Shown one piece after another: positions 1-11,424 of a DNA stretch of 43,375 nt (positions are counted from its first letter, which is position 1; every line of letters begins with the position of its first letter). This stretch comes from Neoechinorhynchus agilis (taxonomy: Eukaryota > Animalia > Acanthocephala). Location: contig JBMGUZ010000019.1 of the NCBI GenBank assembly GCA_051530055.1, positions 1 through 43,375 of the forward strand, written 5' to 3'. The notes beneath the pieces are model-generated. The model made no database searches, was not told the origin of the DNA, and saw nothing but the letters and a program-made list of their open reading frames with translations. A program made the translations under genes and the position numbers.

Positions 1-3000
1 CTCTCCGAAGAGCTTCTCTTATCTCATCTGCTCGATTTGCATGGATTAGGGAAAGGGAGATAGTACAGGAGCTGAAAATGAGGGAATATCCCAAATGGAT
101 TATAGACCGGTAAATCAGAGGCAGTAACTATCATCCGCAATACAACAAAAAATCCTCTCCAGAGCCTGTATATTTCGAAATAGTGCACTTCATTGATGAT
201 GACACGAATCAAAAGATTTACTCTCCGAAGAGCTTCTCTTATCTCATCTGCTCGATTTGCATGGATTAGGGAAAGGGAGAGGATAGTACAGGAGCTGAAA
301 ATAAGGGGATATTCCAAATGGATTATAGACCGGTAAATCAGAGGCAGTAACTATCATCCGCAAAACAACAAAAAATCGTCTCCAGAGCCTGTATATTTCG
401 AAAGATTGCACTTCATTGATGATGACACGAATCAAAAGATTTACTCTCCGAAGAGCTTCTCTTATCTCATCTGCTCGATTTGCATGGATTAGGGAAAGAG
501 AGAGGATAGTACAGGAGCTGAAAATGAGGGGATATCCCAAATGGATTATATACCGGTAAATCAGAGGCAGTAACTATCATCCGCAATACAACAAAAAATC
601 CTCTCCAGAGCCTGTATATTTCGAAGGAGTGCACTTCATTGATGATGACACGAATCAAAAGATTTACTCTCCGAAGAGCTTCTCTTATCTCATCTGCTCG
701 ATTTGCATGGATTAGGGAAAAAGAGAGGATAGTACAGGAGCTGAAAATAAGGGGATATCTTAAATGGATTATAGACCGGTAAATCAGAGGCAGTAACTAT
801 CATCCGCAAAACAACAAAAAATCGTCTCCAGAGCCTGTATATATTTCGAAAGAGTTCACTTCATTGATGATGACACGAATCAAAACGATGATTTCTCTCA
901 TGCTTTTATCTCATCTGCTCGATTTGCATGGATTAGGGAAAGGGAGAGGATAGTACATGAGCTGAAAATGAGATGATATCCCAAATGGATTATAGACCGG
1001 TAAATCAGAGGCAGTAACTATCATCCGCAATACAACAAAAAATCCTCTCCAGAGCCTGTATATTTCGAAAGAGTGCACTTCATTGATGATGACACGAATC
1101 AAACGATTTACTCTCCGAAGAGCTTCTCTTATCTCATCTGCTCGATTTGCATGGATTAGGGAATGGGAGAGGACAGTACAGGAGCTGAAAATAAGGGGAT
1201 ATCCCAAATGGATTATAGACCGGTAAATCAGAGGCAGTAACTATCATCCGCAAAACAACAAAAAATCGTCTCCAGAGCCTGTATATATCGAAAGAGTGCA
1301 CTTCATTGATGATGACACGAATCAAACGATTTACTCTCCGAAGAGCTTCTCTTATCTCATCTGCTCAATTTGCATGGATTAGGGAAAGGGAGATTGTACA
1401 GGAGCTGAAAATGAGGGAATATCCCAAATGGATTATAGACCGGTAAATCAGAGGCAGTAACTATCATCCGCAAAACAACAAAAAATCGTCTCCAGAGCCT
1501 GTATATATCGAAAGAGTGCACTTCATTGATGATGACACGAATCAAACGATTTACTCTCCGAAGAGCTTTCTTATCTCATCTGCTCAATTTGCATGGATTA
1601 GGTGCAGATAGTACAGGAGCTGAAAATGAGGGAATATCCCAAATGGATTATAGACCGGTAAATCAGAGGCAGTAACTATCATCCGTATTACAACAAAAAA
1701 TCCTTCCAGAGCCTGTAATATTTCGAAAGAGTGCACTTCATTGATGATGACACGAATCAAACGATTTACTCTCCGAAGAGCTTCTCTTATCTCATCTGCT
1801 CAATTCGCATGGATTAGGGAAAGGGAGAGGATAGTACAGGAGCTGAAAATGAGGGGATATCCCAAATTGATTATAGACCGGTAAATCAGAGGCAGTAACT
1901 ATCATCCGCAAAACAACAAAAAATCGTCTCCAGAGCCTGTATATTTCGAAAGAGTGCACTTCATTGATGACGACACGAATCAAACGATTTACTCTCCGAA
2001 GAGCTTCTCTTATCTCATCTGCTCGATTTGCATGGATTAGGGAATGGGAGAGGACAGTACAGGAGCTGAAAATAAGGAGATTCCAAATGGATTATAGACC
2101 GGTAAATCAGAGCAGCAACTATCATCCGCAAAACAACAAAAAATCGTCTCCAGAGCCTGTATATTTCGAAAGAGTGCACTTCATTATGAGATGACACGAA
2201 TCAAACGATTTACTCTCCGAAGTGCTTCTTATCTCATCTGCTCGATTTGCGTGGATTAGGGAAAGGAGAGGATAGTACAGAGCTGAAAATGAGGGGATAA
2301 TCCAAATGGATTATAGACCGGTAAATCAGAGGCAGTAACTATCATCCGCAAAACAACAAAAAATCGTCTCCAGAGCCTGTATATTTCGAAAGAGTGCACT
2401 TCATTGATGATGACACGAATCAAACGATTTACTCTCCGAAGAGCTTCTCTTATCTCATCTGCTCGATTTGCATGGATTAGGGAAAGGGAAAGGATAGTAC
2501 ATGAGCTGAAAATGAGATGATATCCCAAATGGATTATAGACCGGTAAATCAGAGGCAGTAACTATCATCCGCAATACAACAAAAAATCCTCTCCAGAGCC
2601 TGTATATTTCGAAAGAGGCACTTCATTGATGATGACACGAATCAAACGATTTCATTTCCTCCGAAGAGCTTCTCTTATCTCATCTGCTCGATTTGCATGG
2701 ATTAGGGAAAGGGAGAGGATGGTACAGGAGCTGGAAATGAGGGGATATCCCAAATGGATTATAGACCGGTAAATCAGGCAGTAACTATCATCCGCAAACA
2801 ACAAAATCGTTCCAGAGCTTGTATATTTCGAAAGAGCGTAATTTCATTGATGATGACACGAATCAAACGATTTACTCTCCGAAGTGCTTCTCTTATCTCA
2901 TCTGCTCGATTTGCGTGGATTAGGGAAAGGGAGAGGATAGTACAGGAGCTGAAAATGAGGGGATAATCCAAATGGATTATAGACCGGTAAATCAGAGGCA

Positions 3001-6000
3001 GTAACTATCATCCGCAAAACAACAAAAAATCGTCTCCAGAGCCTGTATATTTCGAAAGAGTACTGGCTGATGATGACACGAATCAAACGATTTACTCTCC
3101 GAAGAGCTTTATCTCATCTGCTCGATTTGCATGGATTAGGAAAGGGAAAGGATAGTACATGAGCTGAAAATGAGATGATATCCCAAATGATTATAGACCG
3201 GTAAATCAGAGGCAGTAATCATCATCCGCAATACAACAAAAAATCCTCTCCAGAGCCTGTATATTTCGAAAGAGTGCACTTCATTGATGATGACACGAAT
3301 CAAACGATTTACTCTCCGAAGAGCTTCTCTTATCTCATCTGCTCGATTTGCATGGATTAGGGAAAGGGAGAGGATAGTACAGGAGCTGAAAATAAGGGGA
3401 TATCCCAAATGGATTATAGACCGGTAAATCAGAGGCAGTAACTATCATCCGCAAAACAACAACAAATCGTCTCCAGCGCCTGTATATTTCGAAAGAGTGC
3501 ACTTCATTGATGATGACACGAATCAAACGATTTACTCTCCAAAGAGCTTCTATTATCTCATCTGCTCAATTTGCATGGATTAGGGAAAGGGAGATTGTAC
3601 AGGAGCTGAAAATGAGGGAATATCCCAAATGGATTATAGACCGGTAAATCAGAGGCAGTAACTATCATCCGCAATACAACAAAAAATCCTCTCCAGAGCC
3701 TGTATATTTCGAAAGAGTGCACTTCATTGATGATGACACGAATAAAAGATTTACTCTCCGATGAGCTTCTCTTAATCCGCTCGATTTGCATGGATTAGGG
3801 AAAGGGAGAGGATAGTACAGGAGCTGAAAATGAGGGGATATCCCAAATGGATTATAGACCGGTAAATCAGAGGCAGTAACTATCATCCGCAAAACAACAA
3901 AAAATCCTCTTCAGAGCCTGTATACTTCGAAACAGTGCACTTCATTGATGATGACACGAATCAAACGATTTACTCTCCGAAGAGCTTCTCTTATCTCATC
4001 TGCTCGATTTGCATGGATTAGGGAATGGGATAGGACAGTACAGGAGCTGAAAATAAGGGGATATCCCAAATGGATTATAGACCGGTAAATCAGAGGCAGT
4101 AACAATCATCCGCAAAACAACAAAAAATTGTCTTCAGAGCCTGTATATTTCGAAAGAGTGCACTTCATTGATGACGACACGAATCAAACGATTTACTCTC
4201 CGGAGAGGCTTCTCTTATCTCATCTGCTCGATTTTGTACGGATTAGAATGGAGAGGACAGTACAGTGAGCCAGAAAATAAGGGGATATCCCAAATGGATT
4301 ATAGACCGGTAAATCAGAGGCAGTAACTATCATCCGCAAAACAACAAAAAATTGTCTTCAGAGCCTGTATATTTCGAAAGAGTGCACTTCATTGATGATG
4401 ACACGAATCAAACGATTTACTCTCCGAAGAGCTTCTCTTATCTCATCTGCTCGATTTGCATGGATTAGGGAAAGGGAGAGGATAGTACATGAGCTGAAAA
4501 TGAGATGATATCCCAAATGGATTATAGACCGGTAAATCAGAGGTAGTAACTATCATCCGCAAAACAACAAAAAAATGTCATCAGAGCCTGTATATTTCGA
4601 AAGAGTGCACTTCATTGATGATGACACGAATCAAAAGATTTACTCTCCGAAGAGCTTCTCTTATCTCATCTGCTCGATTTGCATGGATTAGGGAAAGAGA
4701 GAGGATAGTACGGAGCGAAATGAGGGATCCAAATGGATTATAGACCGGTAAATCAGAGGCAGTAACTATCATCCGCAAAACAACAAAAAATCGTCTCCAG
4801 AGCCTGTATATTTCGAAAGATTGCACTTTATTGATGATGACACGAATCAAACGATTTACTCTCCGAAGAGCTTCTCTTATCTCATCTGCTCGATTTGCAT
4901 GGATTAGGGAAAGGGAGATAGTACAGGAGCTGAAAATGAGGGAATATCCCAAATGGATTATAGACCGGTAAATCAGAGGCAGTAACTATCATCCGCAAAA
5001 CAACAAAAAATCGTCTCCAGAGCCTGTATATTTCGAAAGATTGCACTTTATTGATGATGACACGAATCAAACGATTTACTCTCCGAAGAGCTTCTCTTAT
5101 CTCATCTGCTCGATTTGCATGGATTAGGAAAGGAGATAGTACAGGAGCTGAAAATGAGGGAATATCCCAAATGGATTATAGACCGGTAAATCAGGAGGCA
5201 GTAACTATCATCCGCAAAACAACAAAAATCCTCTCCAGAGCCTGTATATTTCGAAAGAGTGCACTTCACTGATGATGACACGAATCAAACTTTTACTCTC
5301 CGAAGAGCTTCTCTTATCTCATCTGCTCGATTTGCATGGATTAGGGAAAGGGAGATAGTACAGGAGCTGAAAATGAGGGAATATCCCAAATGGATTATAG
5401 ACCGGTAAATCAGAGGCAGTAACTATCATCCGCAAAACAACAAAAAATCGTCTCCAGCGCCTGTATATTACGAAAGAGTGCACTTCATTGATGATGACAC
5501 GAATCAAAAGATTTACTCTCCGAAGAGCTTCTCTTATCTCATCTGCTCGATTTGCATGGATTAGGAATGGGGAGAGGACAGTACAGAGCTGAAAAATAAG
5601 GGGATATCCTAAATGGATTATAGACCGGTAAATCAGAGGCAGTAACTATCATCCGCAAAACAACAAAAAATCCTCTCCAGAGCCTGTATACTTTGAAGAG
5701 TGCACTTCATTGATGATGACACGAATCAAACGATTTTCTCCGGAGAGCTTATCTCATCTACTCGATTTGCATGGATTAGGGAAAGGGAGAGGATAGTAAA
5801 GGAACTGAAAATAAGGGGATATCCCAAATGGATTATAGACTGGGGAATCAGAGGCAGAAACTACCATCCGCATAACAACAACAAATCTTCGGCAGAGCCT
5901 GCATGCTTCGAAAGAGTGCACTTCGTTGATGATGACACGAATCAAATGATTTACTCTCCGAAGAGCTTCTCTTATCTCATCTGCTCAATTTGCATATATT

Positions 6001-7730
6001 AGGGAAAGGGAGAGGATAGTACAGGAGCTGAAAATGAGGGGATATCCCAAATGGATTATAGACCGGTAAATCAGAGGCAGTAACTATCATCCGCAAAACA
6101 ACAAAAAATCCTCTCCAGAGCCTTATATTTCAAAGAGGCACTTCATTGATGATGACACGAATCAAACGATTTACTTCCGAAGAGCTTCTCTTATCTCATC
6201 TGCCTCCATCGGTATGGATTGATGAAGGGAGAGGATAGTACATCAGCTGAAAATGAGGGGATATCCCAAATGGATTATAGACCGGTAAATCAGAGGCAGT
6301 AACTATCATCCGCAAAACAACAAAAAATCCTCTCCAGAGCCTGTATATTTCGAAAGTGTGCACTTCATTGATGATGACACGAATCAAACGATTTTCTCTC
6401 CATAGAGCTTCTCTTATCTCATCTGCTCGATTTGCATGGATTAGGGAAAGGGAGAGGATAGTACAGGAGCTGAAAATGAGGGGATATCCCAAATGGATTA
6501 TAGACCGGTAAATCAGAGGCAGTAACTATCATCCGCAAAACAACAAAAAATCCTCTCCAGAGCCTGTATATTTCGAAAGAGTGCACTTCATTGATGATGA
6601 CACGAATCAAACGATTTTCTCTCCGGAGAGCTTCTCTTATCTCATCTGCTCGATTTGCATGGATTAGGGAAAGGGAGAGGATAGTAGAGGAGCTGAAAAT
6701 GAGGGGATATCCCAAATGGATTAAAGACCAGTAAATCAGAGGCAGTAACTATCATCCGCAAAACAACAAAAAATCATCTCCAGAGCCTGTATATTTCGAA
6801 AGAGTGCACTTCATTGATGATGACACGAATCAAACGATTTACTCTCCGAAGAGCTTCTCTTATCTCATCTGCTCGATTTGATTTGCATGGAGTAAGGAGA
6901 GGATAGTACAGGAGCTGAAAATAAGGGGATATCCCAAATAGATTATAGACCGGTAAATCAGAGGCAGTAAATATCATCCGCAAAACAACCAAAAAATCCT
7001 CCAGAGCCTGTATATTTCGAAAGAGTGCACTCTATTGATGATGACACGAATCAAACGATTTACTCTCCAAAGAGCTTCTTTATCTCATCTGCTCGATTTG
7101 CATGGATTAGGGAAAGGGAGAGGATAGTACAGGAGCTGAAAATGAGGGGATATCCCAAATGGATTATAGACCAGTAAATCAGAGGCAGTAACTATCATCC
7201 GCAAAACAACAAAAAATCATCTCCAGAGCAAGTATATTTCCAAAGAGTGCACTTCATTGATGATGACACGAATCAAACGATTTACTCTCCGAAGAGCTTC
7301 TCTTATCTCATCTGCTCGATTTGCATGGATTAGGGAAAGGGAGAGGATAGTACAGGAGCTGAAAATAAGGGGATATCCCAAATGGATTATAGACCGGTAA
7401 ATCAGAGGCAGTAACTATCATCCGCAAAACAACAAAAAATTGTCTTCAGAGCCTGTATATTTCGAAATAGTGCACTTCATTGATGATGACACGAATCAAA
7501 CGATTTACTCTCCGAAGAGCTTCTCTTATCTCATCTGCTCGATTTGCATGGATTAGGGAAAGGGAGAGGATAGTACATGAGCTGAAAATGAGGGGATATC
7601 CCAAATGGATTATAGACCGATAAATCAGAGGCAGTAACTATCATCCGCAAAACAACAAATCTTCTGCATAGCCTGTATGCTTTGAAGGAGTGCACTTCAT
7701 TGATGATGACACGAATCGAACGATTTACTC
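1..7730 (+). repeat. Tandem satellite, 220-223-bp monomer, ~35 copies (runs off window start), derived from a Penelope-like ORF segment
   Basis: ctctccgaagagc recurs at 1, 221, 444, 667... One frame reads LRRASLISSARFAWIRERERIVQELKMRGYPKWIIDR, resembling the PLE post-RT HRA..CS...EL..L..NGYP..ID motif; the last monomer runs into a GIY-YIG region. Confidence 0.95.
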
Positions 7731-8290
7731 CATTATGAATAAGAAGGTTGGAATTCGCCTATACAATACTAAAGGAATCGCTCTCGGAAGGGTAGAATTG
7801 AGCCGACTCATTGTATCTACCGAATTCACTGTGAACAGTGTGAGAAAGCTTATATCAGACAAACGATGCAAGGCATCGAGAAGAGGGTCGCTCAACATAA
7901 GCAAGCCTGCAGTCGATTTGAGCATTCGTCAGCAATCTCCAATCATCAAGAGACCTTTAAACATCGCGCGGATATTCGTGGCACCAACTTTATAGAAATA
8001 GAGCAAAAATTAAAAAGACGGCTTGTTTTGGAGGCCTTACACGTCGCTGTGTCCAACACAATGGAAGGAAACAAAGCTAATTTTAGCTTCAAACTCCCAG
8101 CCAGCGACGTGCTGGAAATCAATAAAAAAAAAGTAGCGCAGTGCAATGGGGGTCTTTGGCGATTCCGAGTGCACTGGAGCCATAGAACACATAATCTGAA
8201 AAGTTATTTTTTAAATGACTGAAGAGGCGAGGTTAGCACGTTCGAAATATTTCAAATAAATCGAATATACCATGCCCGTGATTATTTTCA
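7690..8290 (+). mobile_element. Penelope-like element 3' part: frameshifted GIY-YIG endonuclease and pLTR tail
   Basis: YRIHCEQCEKAYIRQT...EKRVAQHK...SAISNH...RRLVLEALH matches the PLE GIY-YIG pattern; followed by a hammerhead-like motif and aataaa. Confidence 0.85.
8216..8254 (+). ncRNA. Minimal type I hammerhead ribozyme motif (imperfect stem II)
   Basis: tga-CTGAAGA-ggcgaggttagcacgttc-GAAA-TA-TT-tca immediately after the PLE ORF stop. Confidence 0.55.
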
Positions 8291-8396
8291 CCAAGATTAT
8301 CCCGAAAGATTTTCTCAGTCGTTGATTAAGAATTTTTAACACATAATAGGTTCAATCGGCAAAATCATAGTGCATTATGACTTTTTAACACTCATT

Positions 8397-9287
8397 TCAG
8401 GGAATGATGAGAGACGAAGGTGTTCGTAAGTTTCTGATTCGTCGAGATTTCCAAGCGGATTTGAATAGTTTGGGTAATGGAGAGAGTGCCGTTATGATTT
8501 CCTTTGACGTTATATGAGTTTTCGTATAAATGTCACACTCGTCAAAACCTCGACTCTGCTCGAAAGCCGCTATTCCCGGACACCAAATGAAATGGTCTGA
8601 AGCTGTTCCAAGTCCATCAAAGTCTTGTTTTGATCGAAGCATTAGGCACTCACTGCATTCTACGAATTCGCTCGATTCAAGTCCACTCACCGGTTTCCAT
8701 ATGAACGTATTATGAACTGCTGATCGTGTTCTATTAAAAATACAAAACCTGTTGTGGTGTGAGTCTTCGAACGCCAAATAAGGATTTTTTTCGGATAATA
8801 GGCAATGGTCGAGTAAATGGAACGATCCATGTACCGATTAAAGGATTAATAATGTAAAGAATCGCTCTCTCTCTTAAAGGCTTGCATTGAAACTAACTTC
8901 GAAATTCTTGAGACGAAATGGTAAAATCTTTTGGTGTAACATTGGACAAGTTGAGTTTCTATGATTTTTCCAAAGTCAAGATGGTTTCAACGGACTACAA
9001 ATTCTTAATTGGCGTAAAACAACTTTTGGATTTTTTGCAACTAGATCTAAAGATTGAACAGCTCCGCAATCGGTGCATTCAATCAACTCTGCTGCTGCTG
9101 CTGATGGATTGATGAGTTTCCATCCATTTTTAGCAGCATAAGCAGGATTAACGTTTTTTTTGGGACATGAATGAAAAGTTTTAATACGAGACCTGTATTC
9201 CAAGAATTCCTTTGACTGTCCTTTGGTTTCAACAACCAATTGATCGTACTCATTCTTTATAGCTTCCAAATCATAATGATTTTCCAT
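8397..9287 (-). CDS. ZC3HC1: ZC3HC1/NIPA-like C3HC zinc-finger protein, interrupted at ~9016-8771 (exact junction unresolved)
   Basis: SRIKTF...PAYAAKNGW...IECTDC in ORF 9287-8976 and HHNRFC...W...VECSEC..R...FD....HFIWCP in ORF 8777-8397, both in the same frame, with three stops between. Confidence 0.65.
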
Positions 9288-9412
9288 TTCAGATCGCTCA
9301 AATTTTTCAAACCGACATTTACTCGGCTTTCAGAATTCTTCCCTCTTCATCGAGATTGTAGTTTCGCAAGACAGCTGATCCGCCTGTGACGTAGCTGGAT
9401 GTGGATATTGTG
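9288..9412. promoter_or_regulatory. Probable bidirectional promoter (125 bp between divergent start codons)
   Basis: ZC3HC1-like ATG at 9287 (-) and AP2M1 ATG at 9413 (+) are head-to-head. Confidence 0.5.
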
Positions 9413-11297
9413 ATGATTGGTGGAATCTTTTTCTACAATCACAAGGGAGAAGTATTGATTTCTCGGATATATCGCGATGACATCGGTCGAGGTATGGTCG
9501 ATGCGTTCCGGGTCAATGTTATACATTGTAGGCAAATTGTAAAGACTCCAGTGATGATGAAACTTCGAACCCACTTTTTTCATATCCGCAAAGGTAATAT
9601 TTGGATCGTGGCTGCGACTAAGCAGAACACAAACGCGGCGCTTGTCTTTGAATTTTTGAACCGAATATTGACAGCCCTAAGATCATATTTTGGCAAAGTG
9701 ACCGAGGAAAACATCAAAAATAATTTTGTGTTGATCTATGAGCTATTGGACGAAATGCTGGATTATGGTTATCCTCAAAATACAAATACCGGTCTTTTGA
9801 AGACTTATATCACTCAACAAGGCTTCAAATCCTTTTTACTTCCAGTGATCAGTAGTGGTTCCAGTGTTCCAGGGATGCTGTCGAAGGATGAGAATTCGGT
9901 AGTCACTTCACAAGTTACCGGCCAAATCGGATGGCGCCGTGAAGGAATCAAATACCGGAGAAATGAACTATTTTTGGATGTGATTGAACAAGTCAACTTA
10001 TTGATGTCTCAACAAGGACAAGTGCTTAGCGCTCATATCTGTGGTCGAGTTGTGATGAAGAGTTATCTGAGTGGAATGCCAGAATGTAAGTTCGGCATTA
10101 ATGACAGGATTATATTATCAACGGAAATGAGGAAGACTGCCGCTGGCTCCAATGCTCATACTTCGTCGAATATACTCGGTATTGCTGCTAGTAATGCTTC
10201 TTCAAGTGGCGGAGGAAAGAAATTAATGCGACATGATATCCTCACTGGTGTTCAATCTCCTTCATCCGTTGTAGGTGGTAAGACTGCTCAGAGATCGTGA
10301 TGTTTAAGTGCTTGGAGTTTGCAATTCTCGATTGCCATCTTCTTTTCCTTTTTTACTAGAATCAAAAAGTGTTATTATAGATCGATCTACTAGATCGTTG
10401 AGGAAAAACTGCTCCGTTTTTCATCATTTCTATGCCTACGCGATCTTATTAACGGCTACATTTCGTCTCGAAACTTCTTTGTTTTTCAACTCATTTCGAC
10501 CGATTTATCCCCAACCGTTTTAGTAGCACAAGATCTCTGAGAAGAGTAGATTATCGATTGTAATTGACGATTGCCATTTTCATCAATGTGTACGACTCAG
10601 TAAATTCGAATCTGACCATTCAATTAGCTTCGTGCCACCCGATGGTGAGTTTGAGCTCATGAAATATCGCACAACTAATGACATAAGTCTTCCTTTCCGT
10701 GTAATTCCATTGATTCGTGAAGTAAGCAAAACGCGATTGGATGTAAAGGTAATTTTAAAATCGAATTTTAAACCTTCTTTAATTGGCCAAAAAATTGAAT
10801 TGAGAATCCCTACTCCTCCGAGTACCTGCGGTGTTCAATTGATGTCTATGAAAGGAAGAGCAAAATACAAAGCTAGCGAAAATGCTGTAGTTTGGAAGAT
10901 CAAACGGATGAGTGGAATGAAGGAATGTCGGCTGAGTGCTGAGATTGAACTGCTTTCAGCAGTTGCCGGTGCGGCTGGTACAGATATGTTATTGACTCCT
11001 GCTGCTGCTGCTGCTGCAAATTGTTTCGAAGTAAATGAAACACGAACAATGAGAACAACACCTTTGACACAAATATTAAGTCCAGCGAACACTGCTTCTG
11101 AACCATGGAAACCTTTAGAAAGAAAGAGATGGGCAAGACCTCCCGTCTCACTCAATTTTCAGGTCCCGTTTGCGCCTTCGGGATTCAAAGTTCGGTACCT
11201 TAAAGTATTTGAACCTAAATTGAATTACTCCGACAGTGAGACGATTAAATGGGTCCGTTATATTGGGAAAAGCGGAATTTATGAAACTCGCAGTTGA
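9413..11297 (+). CDS. AP2M1: AP-2 complex subunit mu; one frame-breaking interruption at ~10271-10549 plus low-complexity loop insertions
   Basis: [26 protein letters not shown]...[18 protein letters not shown]...[18 protein letters not shown]...[12 protein letters not shown]...[16 protein letters not shown]. Confidence 0.97.
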
Positions 11298-11424
11298 TCA
11301 TTTAAGCTAAATCCGTGCGTGTTAACGTTGTGTGTGTGTGCAAGCTTTGAGGAGACATTCAAACATTTCGCATTATCGTTAATTTTGTGAATCACCACCA
11401 TTTGGGATCACTGTTGTATTTTAG

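Noticed and set aside
190-215. Hammerhead-like tgatgatgacacgaatcaaac in each 223-bp monomer
   Set aside because: It lacks the initial C, the G of GAAA and a stem II; it is explained by coding for IDDDTNQ.
24-7000. Dozens of 60-120-aa ORFs in the 223-bp array, and similar ORFs in 37.5-42.3 kb
   Set aside because: They are by-products of tandem repetition, broken by stops and indels in shifting frames.
8838-8978. Stop-codon reassignment or readthrough in ZC3HC1 (LWKNHRNSTCP and ERERFFTL look homologous in frame)
   Set aside because: It needs both TGA and TAA as sense codons, while neighbouring genes end in TGA, TAG and TAA and use TGG for Trp; three stops in ~70 AT-rich codons is about the random expectation. 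Not fully excluded without RNA data.
10297-10540. C/D snoRNA in the AP2M1 interruption (gtgatg...ctga)
   Set aside because: The C box is imperfect, the span is ~240 nt, and both boxes overlap the terminal stem, which is better explained by the TIR model.
10955-11105. Third AP2M1 loop insertion as another stem-closed element (agcagt/actgct)
   Set aside because: Only a short, bulged stem with no flanking TA pair; the poly-Ala content looks like an ordinary coding expansion.
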